From Octopus vulgaris (lineage: Eukaryota), in contig OX597819.1 of NCBI GenBank assembly GCA_951406725.2, forward strand, positions 93,372,001 to 93,436,000: a stretch of DNA of 64,000 nucleotides, in the 5' to 3' direction. A program made the translations under genes and the position numbers. Of the stretch, positions 39,741 through 52,539 are shown one piece after another. Numbering within the stretch: position 1 is the stretch's first letter; every line of letters starts with the position of its first letter. The notes beneath the pieces are model-generated. The model had not been told where the DNA came from, made no database searches, and saw nothing but the letters and a program-made list of their open reading frames with translations.

Positions 39741-40071
39741 ATCCAACTCACATAATGCTGTAGCCATCTTCTTCTTTCCCGCTGCTGTCCTGTTTTCGTT
39801 TTCCATTCCTTCATCACCATCATCGTCGTCATCGTCAATGTCGTCATCCTCCTCCTCCACAACATCCTCCTCATCATCTCATAATCATCATCATCATCAT
39901 CATCGCCGTCATCATGGTCGTCATCAATATCATCACCATCGTCATCATTATAGTCAACATCAACAACATTCTTTCTCTCGCCCTCACGGTCACTTCTCTC
40001 CGCATCTCTCTGTCTTTCATTTTGTTTTTCTCCCTCATTGTCCCACTTTCGTATCTCATACTGTGTTAATC

Positions 40072-40128
<57 letters not shown>

Positions 40129-40219
40129 TGTATTGTCCTCCTCATCCTTCGCCCTTGTGGCAAATAAAGGAAATTATTATTATTTATATTATTATTATTA
40201 TTATCTATTATTATCTATC

Positions 40220-40265
<46 letters not shown>

Positions 40266-40269
40266 GCTA

Positions 40270-40491
40270 AGGCAGCGAGCTAACAAAGTAATTGCCGCGC
40301 CGGACAAATTGCTGAGCATCATTTCGACCGTCTTCACGTTCTGAGTTCAAATTCCGCTGAGGTCAACTTCGCTTTTCATGCTTTCAGGGTCGATAAAACA
40401 AATACCATTTGAACGCTGGGGGGGGGGTCAATGTAAGTGACTTACTCTATCCTCTCAAAGATTGCTGGCCTTGTGCCAAACTGAGAAAGAA

Positions 40492-40543
<52 letters not shown>

Positions 40544-40780
40544 CATTATTATTATTATTATTATTTCTAAGTCGGCAAGCTGGCAGAATCGTTAGCACGC
40601 CGGGCAAAATGCTTAGCGGCATTTCACTCGTCTTCACGTTCTGAGTTCAAATTCCGCCGAGGTCTACATTGCCTCTCATCCTTTCGGGATCGAAAAAGTA
40701 TGTACCAGTTCAACACTGGTGTCGATGCAATCGACTTGTCCCCTTCGCTCAAACTAGCTGACCTTGCGCCGAAATCTAAA
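40270..40780 (+). mobile_element. Two Meta-like SINEs separated by (ATT)n
   Basis: Family motifs at about 40270-40485 and 40570-40780. Confidence 0.8.
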
Positions 40781-41201
40781 ACTATTATCATTATTATTAT
40801 TATTTCTTTCTCGACCTTCTCAAATCAAATTACAATTATCTTCTGTGACTAATAGATTTTCTAGATTGACACCAGCACTACATTTTTCCTTTTTCTTTTT
40901 CTTTTTTCAAGCTACATCGCATAAAACCCCCGCCCAGAGCCATCGCCACCACCAGCAACAACAACGACACAAACAACAAGCGTAACCATCCATAGTTTTA
41001 ACACGTGATACATGAATACCCATGCATACATACATGCATGCATAGATAAATACATGCACGAATGCATGCATACATGCTTGCATACATATATGTAAAATAT
41101 ATGTGTATATACATACATACACACACATATATAAGTAATTTATATATATGTATATATATAATTATGTGCTTATAATTATGTATATATGTATACATACATA
41201 G

Positions 41202-41247
<46 letters not shown>

Positions 41248-41272
41248 GTGTATATATATGTGTGTGAGTCAG

Positions 41273-41303
<31 letters not shown>

Positions 41304-41688
41304 TATTCAGGTGTGTGTTTGTGTGTGAATATATATTACATACATACATCTTCGTGTGGTGGTGGTGGTGGTGGTGGTAGTGGTGGTATCTTTCTTTTAT
41401 ATCAATTGTCAATCTTTGGCAACGGAAAGAGAGAACAAACGGGATATACATACATACATACATACATATACATATATACTATAAAATAACAGAATATAGA
41501 ATAAATCATGTGCTTAATCGAGAAAATGGATTCGTTACCACCGCATTGTCGTTCTTGTCGCATCGCTACTGTTATTGTCAGCCATTGCCATCATAATAAT
41601 TGTTGATGATATTGTTGTATGTATGTATGTATGTATGTGTATATGTATGTATATATATACATACACATACATATATATATATACACAC

Positions 41689-41734
<46 letters not shown>

Positions 41735-42104
41735 CACACACACGTAAATGTAGGACGATGGAATGAGTACTCAATACCGCATTGGTGGATAAATAATTTC
41801 CTTATTTGTGAATTAAGGCTCTGATTAGTTTCATGTTGGATATTTTCCTAATCTTCGTAACATGAAACCAATGGTAGCCTTAATTTACGAATAAAGAATA
41901 TGTGTGTGTGTGTGTTTAAAAAAAATAAGTACTTGGGGTCACATAAACGATATGTATGTATGTATGAATAGATGGATGGATGGATGCATGCACGCACAGG
42001 CATGGATGTATGGCTAAGAAGTTCGCTTTGCAACCCAGTGGTTTCGGATCCGGATCAGCTGCATTATTCCATCGGCTGATCATCGCCTTATGAGAATATT
42101 TGTT

Positions 42105-42222
42105 CGACCGGATGGTAAGGAGGGCAATGAAGGCAGAAGAGATAGACAACAGAACCAGAAGCAGACCTCGGAATGTGTGGGTGGATGTTGTGAGGAAAGC
42201 TTTGGTGGTTAGAGGTGTTGGG
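42105..42222 (+). mobile_element. RTE LINE ORF C-terminal fragment
   Basis: Translates to DRMVRRAMKAEEIDNRTRSRPRNVWVDVVRKALVVRGV (cf. RGRPR..W.D.V motif). Confidence 0.55.
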
Positions 42223-42484
42223 ACGAGAGAGAGAATTTGATGTTACTCAAAGGAATCCGGAACGAGTATGATGCGGCGGGGGTAAACCAGCATATGCTGT
42301 CGGGCTCCGCTTCTGATATTGGTGGCTGCGTTCTATGCCTTGACCCGAGCTCAGGACGCGGCTAGCCTCTTTGAGCTGGGAAATGAATGGAATGCCTTGT
42401 GTGTGTCTTGTTGTGGCTACCCCTCCTAAAAAATGGTGAATAGGCCTGGGTACTTGTATATATATACATATATATATATATATA

Positions 42485-42670
42485 CTGTTGTGTCTGGGGA
42501 GAGTCATTTTCTTTTTGTGCCTCATAATGTAACACACTCACAGGTAAAATTTCCACTTAATTCTTATCTTTATTTTCGTTGCGTCTTGACTCTCCGCAGA
42601 CACAACAAAATATGCTTCAACACACGAACTCATATAAAGAATCTTGCAAACCAAATCCAAAAGCGAAATA
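42485..42670. mobile_element. Centrally deleted copy of the 52481-52805 foldback element
   Basis: Left arm TGTTGTGTCTGGGGAGAGTCATTTTC...TTTTCGTTGCGTCTTG joined directly to ACTCTCCGCAGACACAAC...AAACCAAATCCAAAAGCGAAATA, which is the reverse complement of 52481-52560. Confidence 0.8.
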
Positions 42671-42741
42671 TGTATATACATATATATGTATATATGTATT
42701 ATGTATATATATATATTATGTATACATACAATCATACATAC

Positions 42742-42826
<85 letters not shown>
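42742..42826. repeat. (GATA)n microsatellite
   Basis: Directly visible. Confidence 0.95.
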
Positions 42827-43703
42827 TGATCGCAAACTGAGAAGTCAAAATACGGGAGTACTCATAATTACAAAGCCAAAAGATAATATTTTAGTTCTTT
42901 TAAGTAATATATTAACCACCTTGCCATTATGACTACTGTTTCGTTTAGAAACCATTCTTTATATAACCGGGTCACGAATTTAACATAGTTAAATGTGTCA
43001 TCCTATAGTCTACAAAAGCGGACAGCCTGAGGAATGCCGTAAAACAATGGTTTTGAAACTGACAGTATTCTTCATGCGCTAACCCGTTAATGTATTTCTT
43101 ATAAAGAAAAGAATAATTCTTCTTATGATCATTATGTTACGTGTGCATGCACGAGTGTTGTGACACTGTATTGACACGCAGAAATTCACACATATAGAAA
43201 TATAGAGAAATATGTATAAGCATAACACAGTTACGCATAAATATTCAACGTGTCAAGATGCATGAAACACAAGGAAGTACGTATTCACGGAAAGTCAGAT
43301 ATAACTATACGTAAGCGATCAACAACAGTAACACATCATAAGGCAAAATGGAAGCGATCATTGTTAAGTAATTTCAATTAGTACTTTCATCTTCGTGAAA
43401 ATCATATTCTACTTTATTCTGTTTATATTCTACCTTTGTTCAGTAATATTTGAGAACAAACAGAGATATTTTACATATTTAGTGAAAATAAAAAGAATTA
43501 TTATTAGTTAGAAAAGCTTTTTACAAAATGTCTGTTCTTTTAGCATCTAATACAACCCGTATACTTTCAGTATATTTTCCCGTTTATACATTAAAGGCCA
43601 TCAGTGGCTTTAGGACATTACTGTTCGATATACAAGTGTGCGTTTGTGTGTACACATATATGTACATATACGCATATGTAGAGATGAGTTTGTATATATT
43701 TGT

Positions 43704-43737
<34 letters not shown>

Positions 43738-43752
43738 GTGGTATATATATAT

Positions 43753-43796
<44 letters not shown>

Positions 43797-43999
43797 GTAT
43801 GTGTGTACATATATATGTATCTATATAGACAGAGAGAGGGACTGAGAGAGAGAGACAATTATATATAAGTATATATGTATGTGGATATATATATATATGT
43901 ATATAAATGCATATATACATATATATATTTAAAGGTATATATATGCATATGTATGTATATGTGCATATGTATGTATATGTGTCCGAGTCAGTCATCATG

Positions 44000-44190
44000 A
44001 CAGATCGTTAGCCACTACACACATTTTTTCTCTCTTTGTTTCTCTCCTTGTTTTTTTCTGTGTCCCTTTCTGTAGAAGAGCGTAGGCTCGAAACGTAAAA
44101 GACTTTTTCTATTCCTGAGCGTTATACTAATACATGTTTGTTTTGTACACTACCTGTCTTCGTCTTTTGTTTTTTTCGTAAACTCTCCCT
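44000..44190 (+). mobile_element. Penelope-like element 3' fragment
   Basis: Homologous to the reverse complement of 47827-48030, contains an HHR, and is followed by (CT)n(TA)n. Confidence 0.75.
44066..44101 (+). ncRNA. Minimal hammerhead ribozyme (A6U core variant)
   Basis: CUUU-CUGUAGA-A-GAGC(GUAG)GCUC-GAAA-C-GUA-AAAG. Stem I CUUU/AAAG covaries with GUUU/AAAC of the 1424 copy. Confidence 0.65.
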
Positions 44191-44199
44191 ATCTATCTA

Positions 44200-44271
<72 letters not shown>

Positions 44272-44589
44272 AAATTTAAAATTAAGGATAAAATCTTTAT
44301 AAGAAATTATCAGTAGTTAGCGTGAAAGACCTCGTAAGAGAAAAATCTGTAAATTTTGTAACGTTGTGTTTTTTCTTATGTCTTGAGTTCGTTGCACTGA
44401 AGAGCATAAAATGCATATTCTGCATTGATTGCGAAATCACAGGTGATTTGTAACTAAATTCTGTTTTTAAATGACTTGCTTTGAAGTTTTGCATTCGGTA
44501 CAATTTGTTTACTTTAGTAGTTTTGACTGCAATAGTCCCTCCTAGCGTGCGGTACCTATGAATAATAGTACCCTCTATATAATATAAAT

Positions 44590-44659
<70 letters not shown>

Positions 44660-44660
<1 letters not shown>

Positions 44661-44830
44661 CACTGAAATTCCAACTTAGTCTGATTTTCACGTCTTCTTT
44701 TTTGCAATTTTTCCAATTTTCCAATTTTTCAGTTTTACAATTTTACAATAGAGAAACAAAACTAGTACTTTCATTCGTTACGCAATCATCATGTTAATGT
44801 AGTGATAGTTGTGTTCCACAATTGACCCAT
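44660..44830 (-). mobile_element. Short PLE-like element with degenerate HHR (44760-44795)
   Basis: Shares AATTCCAAC...GTCTGATTTTCACGT and ACTAGTACTTTCAT with 59450-59665. Minus strand reads AAC-AUGAUGA-U-UGCG(UAA)CGAA-U-GAAAGUACUA-GUU. Confidence 0.6.
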
Positions 44831-44861
44831 TATGGAATACAATCGTCACAACATAAATAGT

Positions 44862-45420
44862 CGCAGGAGTGGTTGTGTGGTAAGGAGATTGCTTTCCAAC
44901 CACATGGTTCCGAGTTCAGTCCCACTGCGTGGCACCTTGGACAAGTGTCTTCTACAATAGTAGGAGTGATATGATAAGGCTGTATTAAGGGATGGGTAGA
45001 GAAACGGTATGATGGGTGATACCAAAGTAAGTAGTAGTTTTAGTGATATGCAGTCTAATACATGACCCAAATTAAACTCCTCATTCGTATCACGATCGAA
45101 CCAAGAGTTTAACTATGGTCTGTCCTTAGCACGTACTGCCACTCTCTGGGTCTTCTAGGTACCAATAACTTTTAGACCCTCACTATATATATATGTGTGT
45201 GTATGTATGTATTTGTGTGTCTGTGTCTGTCCTCCCGCCATCGCTTGACAATCAATGTTGGTGTGTTCATGTCCCCGTAACTTAGCGGTTCATCAAAAGA
45301 TACCGATAGACTAAGTACTAAGCTTACAAAGAATAAGTCCTGGGGCGATTTGCTCGACTAAAGGCGGTGCTCCAGAATAACTGCAGTTAAATTACTAAAA
45401 CAAGTAAAAGAATAAAAGAC
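44862..45420 (+). mobile_element. CORE-like SINE with an unrelated ~225-bp segment (about 44960-45184) replacing part of its body
   Basis: Head at 44862-44960 and 3' half at 45185-45420. Confidence 0.75.
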
Positions 45421-45426
45421 TTTCTC

Positions 45427-45480
<54 letters not shown>

Positions 45481-46054
45481 TGTGTGTATTTGTGTGTGTA
45501 TTTGTGCTTGCAGTAACCACTCATAAAATATTTACTTTACAGGCCACGGTGCCGCTTCTGCGCAAACATACATATATGTCAATCATATGTACCTAATGCT
45601 TTGTGTGTATATATAGTAGATTACCGTATTAGCATTTTCACTTTTTCCCCCCTAATGTCTTTCAAATAATCTCGTTTCCAGAAATATCTTGCTATTTTTA
45701 TACATATAGATCATTATATATACATATTCAAATTTCTCTGTTGTGCGCAGGTAACTTGGCTCCTTAAACTGGGTTATAACCTGGCTTTGGCCGTGATTTT
45801 ACCTTCCTTCTATTTAAGATCGTCTTCAGAGTATAATGAGAGAAAATAGTGCATTAGAAATTGGGGAAGCATACGCATTACCTTTGAATATTTTAAGTGT
45901 AGCGTAGGAAAGGTTTTTTAAAGATCTCTCGGGGATAACTTCATTTTTTCTAAACAATTTTTTTTACTTTTAACTGATACGTTTTTAACCGATTCAACGG
46001 GAAAAAATCAGAACTGGCTGGCGAAGGAAGACCATCTGAAATAATAATAATAAT

Positions 46055-47160
46055 AATTCTTTCTACTAGAAGCAGAAGGCCTCAAATTTGGTGGGAGGGG
46101 ACTAGTCGATTACATCGTCGTCCCAGCACTCAACTGGTACTTAATTTATCGACCCCGAAAGGATGAAATGCAAAGTCGACCTCGGCGGAACTTGAACTTG
46201 AACACGTAGCGGCAGACGAAGTACTGCTAAGCATTTAACCCGGTGTGCCAGCTCGCCGCCTTAATAATAATAACAATAACAATAATAATAATCCTTTCTT
46301 ATTATAGGCACAAGGCCTGAAATTTGAGGAAGAGGGCTAGTTGATTACATCGACCCCAGTGCGTAACTGGTACTTAATTCATTGATCCCCGATAGGATGA
46401 AAGGCAAAGTCGACTTCAGCGGAATTTGAACTCAGAACGTTGTAACGGGCGAAATACCTATTTCTTTACTTCCCACAAGGGGCTAAACAAAGAGAGGACA
46501 AACAAGGACGGACAAACGGATTAAGTCGATCATATCGACCCCAGTGCGTAACTGGTACTTATTTAATCGACCCCGAAAGGATGAAAGGCAAAGTCGACCT
46601 CGGCGGAATTTGAACTCAGAATGTAGCGACAGATGAAATACTGATGAGCATTTCGCCCGACGTGCTAACAACGGGCGAAATACCGCTGAGCATTTCGTCC
46701 AGCGTGCTAACGATTCTTCCAGCTCACCGCCTCAATAATAATGATGATAATAATCCATTCTACTATAGGCACAAGGTCTGATATTTTGAGGGAGGGAACA
46801 AGTCGATTACAGCAACCTTAGTGCTCGACTCTTTCTAATATATGCACAAGGCCTGAAAATTGAGAGAAGGGACGTAGTCGATTACGTCAACCGCCAATGC
46901 TTGACAAAATTTGATCTCAGTGTGTAAAGACTGTCGAAGAGTCGCTAAGCATTTTGTCCGGGGAGCTAAGCATTCAGCCGGCTCGCTGACTTATAAATAA
47001 TACTCTCTAATTTTGGATCAAGACCAGCTATGTTGAGGGGAGGAGGAAGTCGAATACATTTGACCCCAGTACATGGCTGCTTGTTATGTTATCAACCTCG
47101 AAAGGGTGAACGAGGAAGGGAACCGCAACGGAATTTAAACTCAGAACATAAAGCCGGAAG
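46055..47160 (-). mobile_element. Cluster of Meta-like SINEs including a SINE-in-SINE insertion
   Basis: At least five bodies. The nested copy 46459-46669 is flanked by a 15-bp TSD AACGGGCGAAATACC. Confidence 0.85.
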
Positions 47161-47779
47161 AGTCCACTGAAAGTTGAGAGTCAAATTTGACCTCGGTATA
47201 ATTTGAACTCAGTGCGTAAAGAACTGAAACAAATACCACACTTCTATTGTGATTGAAAATTGTAGTAGCATTCACAAATGAATAAGATATTGCAGGCATT
47301 TAAATTTGACGTGCTATGATAACTGGGAAAAAATAATTTCAAAATGTGTACTAATGACTTTGAAAACACCTTGTATAAAAATTTTTAGAAAGAATTAAAA
47401 TGTTTTACTAACTCTGGAAAATTACGTGGCTCTTCTGCCAAAACAAAATATCTTTACGATATTGTTAACACCTCATATATAAGATTTCTCTTCAATATCA
47501 TCACAAAATTTATAAGAAATAGTCACTTATCATTTCCATTATGTAAGCCAGAGCCATCCCACGTGGGAAGAGTAGCGCTTCGGTTATCAATTGGTTCGAC
47601 AATATATACGCGAAAGAAATTAAAAATTTATTTAGTTTGATATTGCGAAATCTTACTGCTTTAAGTATAATATCGCACATAAAAGTATTCGAACGTTAAC
47701 TGAAAGAGCACTCAATGATTCTATATGGTATTTAAAATTCACAACGTGATACATACACACACACACACATAAATATGAG

Positions 47780-47826
<47 letters not shown>

Positions 47827-47828
<2 letters not shown>

Positions 47829-48855
47829 CGGGAAGCTTTATGAAAATAAACAAAAGACGAAGGCAGGTGGAAAACAAACGAACAATTGTATTAGTATGGC
47901 GCTCAGGAAATATAAATAAAACAAGTCTTTAACGTTTCGAGCCTACGCTCTTCAACAGAAAGATACACAGAGAGAGAAAAACACAGAAAGAAGGAGAGAA
48001 AAAAAATGCGTGCAGTAGCTAACGAATCAACATGGCGATCTGATTTCGGCCAGAGGTCAAAGATCAAACATGAGACGCGAGAGCGAAATAAGGGGAGATA
48101 ATAGGGTTGATAAAAGGGTTGAGGGACCAGCTAAAAGTGCGTGGGAGGGGTCTGGATGTGTGTATGTATAGGGTTGGTGTATGTATTAGTATGTATAAGG
48201 GTGTGTGTGTGTATGAGAGAGTATTAGTGCGTAGGATTGGTCTGGACGTGCGTATGTATGGGGTTGATGTATGTATTAGTATGTATTAGTATATATTAGT
48301 ACGTATTGGTATGTATAGGTGTGTGTGTGTGTGTGTGAGAGAGTATAAGTGCGTATGCGGGGTCTGGACGTGTGTATGTATAGGGTTGGTGTAAGTATTA
48401 GTATGTACTAGTATGTATTAGTACGTATTAGTATGTATTAGTTGGTGCGTGTATTAGTATGGCACATCATATGTGATGTGATGTGTAAAGTCATGTGGTG
48501 TAGTGAGGAGAAGAGGGGGAGGGGGAGAAGAGGGGGAGAAGGGGAGGGGAAGAAGAGGGGGAGGAGAAGGGGGAAGAGGAGAGGATGGGGAGAAGGAAGG
48601 GAAGGAGGGGGATGAAGGAGGAAAGAGGGAGAGGGGGAGAGAGAAGGGGAGAGAGAAGGGGAGAGAGGGAGTGAGGGAGAAGAGGGAAGGGGAAGAGGGA
48701 GGGAGAAAGAGGGAAGAAGGGAAGGGGAGTAGGGGTGAAAGGATGAAGGACTGAAGAAGTAGGGGTTGGGGGGAGAAAGGATAGGTGAGGAGGGGGAGAG
48801 GGGGGTTAGATGAGGAGGGGGGAGAGTTGAGACCAAATGGCGTATAAGAGCGAAG
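47827..48855 (-). mobile_element. 5'-truncated Penelope-like element: GIY-YIG C-terminal codons, long 3'UTR and HHR
   Basis: Minus strand starts LRSYTPFGLN (cf. PLE endonuclease C-terminal L.T..P.GLN), then a polypyrimidine tract, three ~90-120 bp subrepeats, an HHR at 47926-47963 and the conserved TTCCTGAGCG..TAATAC. (TA)n on both sides. Confidence 0.75.
47926..47963 (-). ncRNA. Minimal hammerhead ribozyme (A6U core variant)
   Basis: UCUUU-CUGUUGA-A-GAGC(GUAG)GCUC-GAAA-C-GUU-AAAGA, with a 5-bp stem I. Confidence 0.65.
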
Positions 48856-48929
48856 ATATATATATATATATATATACATACATACATGTGTGTAAATGTA
48901 TGTATATATATATATATGTGTGTATATGC

Positions 48930-49125
48930 AGACACCAGGGAGACTTGTGTTGTGCTGTCTCTCTAAGACTTGTATTTGTTAGTAAAATCGATAAAAAGAG
49001 TGCAATGAACTTGCTATGGAGTGTGGGAAATCCAACGTTTCGGAAAGAGTCTTTCTTCAGTGTAAAGTTGAAAGGAGAGAAATTACTGAAAGACACTATC
49101 CTCTAAGTTAGAGAAACTGGCTGCG
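48930..49125 (-). mobile_element. PLE-like fragment with degenerate HHR (49031-49064)
   Basis: Minus strand ACA-CUGAAGA-AAGACUCUUUCC-GAAA-C-GUU-GGA. Core intact, stem I poor. Confidence 0.45.
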
Positions 49126-49406
49126 ACTGTATGTGTGCGTGTATTTTTGTGTGTGTGTGTTTGTACGCATTGGTGTACGTACACGTCTGTGTGTTTGAGT
49201 GTAGGTGTGCGCGCACGTGAGTCTGTGTGTTAAGATGCCAGGGGTACCTCAGTTCTGAATAATCATTGAAAGACAGTTTAAGAATAGCAATAAAACCTGC
49301 TTAGTAAGGATTTCCGATCATAGATTCAAAATGAACGGCATTTATAAATACACGCACGCCCGTGCACACACATGCATGCTGACGTTGTTACATGCATACA
49401 CATAGT

Positions 49407-49438
<32 letters not shown>

Positions 49439-49515
49439 TGTGTGTATACATAGATATATATAGGTATATATATAGACATATATATATATACGTATATCTA
49501 TATATATATCTATAG

Positions 49516-49554
<39 letters not shown>

Positions 49555-49768
49555 GTGAAATAGAAAGATGAATAATCTTGTAGTAGATTAATCATTAGTT
49601 TAACCGATACCTTAGTAGCAAAAATCACAGCAGTAAAACAGCACGGTTGGAGGTACAACCATTTGGTGTTGCAACCGTGCGTTGGTGCGGATAATTGAAA
49701 TTAGAACATTATTGGTGAATTGAAGAAATGGAGCTGAACGCAGATTGAACAGAAATCGTTTTATTTCA

Positions 49769-49848
49769 TTCTACACGTGTTTCGAAAGGCACAAATTACC
49801 AAAATCCGATGGAATAATGGGACCATATTGTGTCTTTCTCTTCAGGAA
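49769..49848 (-). ncRNA. Hammerhead ribozyme (mirror copy)
   Basis: Reverse complement of 50029-50108. Confidence 0.75.
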
Positions 49849-50028
49849 GAAAATAGGAAATCCGTTGGAAAAACAAAAACAGAACAGAGGCGGAGCAAAA
49901 ACAAATCGAACTATGCTCCTAAGAGCCCATGGCGAAAGTTTCGCCATGGGCTCTTAGGAGCATAGTTCGATTTGTTTTTGCTCCGCCTCTGTTCTGTTTT
50001 TGTTTTTCCAACGAGATTTCCTATTTTC

Positions 50029-50108
50029 TTCCTGAAGAGAAAGACACAATATGGTCCCATTATTCCATCGGATTTTGGTAATTTGTGCCTTTCGAAACAC
50101 GTGTAGAA
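50029..50108 (+). ncRNA. Type-I hammerhead ribozyme
   Basis: UUC-CUGAAGA-GAAAGACACAA...UUGUGCCUUUC-GAAA-C-ACGU-GUA-GAA. Stem II pairs 10/11 bp, palindromic ACACGUGU stem III, GUA triplet, AAUAAA just downstream. Confidence 0.8.
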
Positions 50109-50161
50109 TGAAATAAAACGATTTCTGTTCAATCTGCGTTCAGCTCCATTTCTTCAATTCA

Positions 50162-50205
<44 letters not shown>

Positions 50206-50719
50206 CATACATAGATACATATACACATTTATGCTCAGGAGCACACTGCTCATATTATCAATGAATGTAGGAATCCATATAAGGACTGAATCTCAGTTGA
50301 ATATCTATATATAAACGTCAGCGAAGAAACGTGACTACGTAATTTGAATTTACGTAGTAACTCCGTAAAAAAATACAATTCTTCAAGATAGATCACAAGA
50401 AGACCGACCTATATCCTATATAAATACAATCTAATCAATCAAACAAAATTGAACAGTAAAAGATACGTGTAACACTTTTGTACATCAGTATAGTTTTCTT
50501 TATAATTCAAATTACGTGATGTCGAATATTATCAAACACACACACACACACATGTATGTATGTACGTATGTATGTACGTACACACGTATATGGAGACTTT
50601 GAAAAAATACACATCTCACGTTCCTATCCTATCACTCGCACACTCACACACACACCAAGGATTTAGAGAAACACGTAACACACACATAAAGGTATATATA
50701 TACACACATATATATATAC

Positions 50720-50760
<41 letters not shown>

Positions 50761-50895
50761 CATATATATGTGTATATTTAAATATACACATGCATTAGAA
50801 TTTTCTCTGATTTTTCAGATTTTTGTATGCTAGGCTACTGGTTTTAAATTGATATTAATTAAATTAATATTCAATTTATCTCCCTCATGATTTAA

Positions 50896-50976
<81 letters not shown>

Positions 50977-51016
50977 TATATGTGTGTGTGTGTGTGTGTC
51001 TATATGTGTGTGTGTC

Positions 51017-51065
<49 letters not shown>

Positions 51066-52539
51066 ATACATACAGATATATTTATATAGTCAGGAACGGG
51101 AGAGGGGGCGATTTCTATGCGTGCGGATGTGTGTATAAAGACACATCTATGAATGTGTTTGTATATGCATGTGGATTTGAAGGGGGTGTCAACAGAAACG
51201 TGTGACCATTATCGATGCATTTCTCTAGGCCCTCATCTGCTGTTTTCTGGTTGTCTTTTTCTTCTCCAACATGCGATCCCCACCCTTATACCAAGCTCTT
51301 CGACTTGGGCCAATAGTCTTAGTGTCTACGTGTCTTATCTGGCAGGTAGGGCAACCACGAAAATCTCTTTTTGCTGCTACAGTTATACTATGGTTGCGAG
51401 TGAAACTACCGAGTAGGTGGAGATTTGTAGCAAGCTGAGTCAGTAACGCAGTTTCGATTTCCAATAGATGCTAATTCACTTTATGTTAAAAATGTCCTTG
51501 GAATAGTTATGAACGTCACGTATCCTTGTTTTTGCTTGTTAGCTTAGTTTTTTTTTCTTTGTTTGTTTAGTTTTTTTGTTTGTTGTTTTTGTTTTGTTTG
51601 TTTGTTTGTTTGTTTTTTCACCTTAAAAAATTCAGAGTTTAGGCATTATGGCATATACACAGTGCTTGTTAGAACTTCCTTTGTTAAAGAAAGAGTCTAA
51701 AGTTAAAGCCCAACCCAACCATCAAGACGAACACCAACCACTTCATATTCTCCATGGTCTTTCAAGGTCATAGACACAACCACCTCTTCCGGGTCAAACT
51801 ACTGAAAGGAAAAAAAATACTCTCTTCTGTGAGAGATTTGAAAAACAACACACATGTCCGTATACAAATATTTCCGTTACTTAATACAAAGCTTTCTTCT
51901 TCTTCCTTGAAACCAGCTTTTTTCACTCATCCCCAATATCTTAAAGTAAATTGTTTTAAAGACACGGCATGTTTTCTTAACATACCCTATGCTTATAAAG
52001 AATTTAGAAAATTTATTTTCATATCTCTACTCTTCATCAAGCATAATCACATAACACCCACAAGCTTTCATTGAAGAAATAACGTTTGTTTGTTTTTTTC
52101 TCTGGTGTTTTTTTTTTGTTGTTGTTGCAGAGTGAGGCTGTTCTTTTTTATTTATTTATTTTTTTTTTTTGGTGGAGTTTAGTATTAGGAAGTGGAGGAA
52201 AGGACTGAGCCTATGATCTTTGCAGGTAGAGTCGCCTTAAGGCACCACCTATACTGGGTAATTGCCTGGAAGCCTCATGGGTCCAGCGGCCCCAATTTTA
52301 ATCTAGGCATGCTGTGATATGCTGTCAATGAATAAATAAATACTAAATGACCCACTGCAGTGACGTGCGTAGGGACTTATAATGCTACTAAGGAATCTCT
52401 GTTTGTAGGTCATGATGTGTTTCGTACCTATGATGTTTTAACCGATAGATGCAATGTATAATAAAGCTATCAATTAAAAATCTATTTCGTTTTTGGATTT
52501 GGTTTGCAAGATTCTTTATGAGTTCGTGTGTTGAAACAA

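Larger units (their letters stand above)
49710..50167. repeat. Near-perfect 458-bp palindrome (inverted PLE pLTR-like arms)
   Basis: Arms of about 228 bp with a single-nt centre (CCATGGCGAAA-G-TTTCGCCATGG, 49938) and one 1-nt indel. The whole element 49552-50167 lies between (TA)n tracts. Confidence 0.95.

Noticed and set aside
49745-50132. Pair of near-identical ORFs on opposite strands (MNRNRFISF...)
   Set aside because: Consequence of the palindrome. They are antisense to the HHRs and start at TTG.
51225-51464. ORF with CPTCQ...HVD..TIGP, vaguely integrase-like
   Set aside because: Motif spacing is too compressed and there is no other LTR-element evidence.
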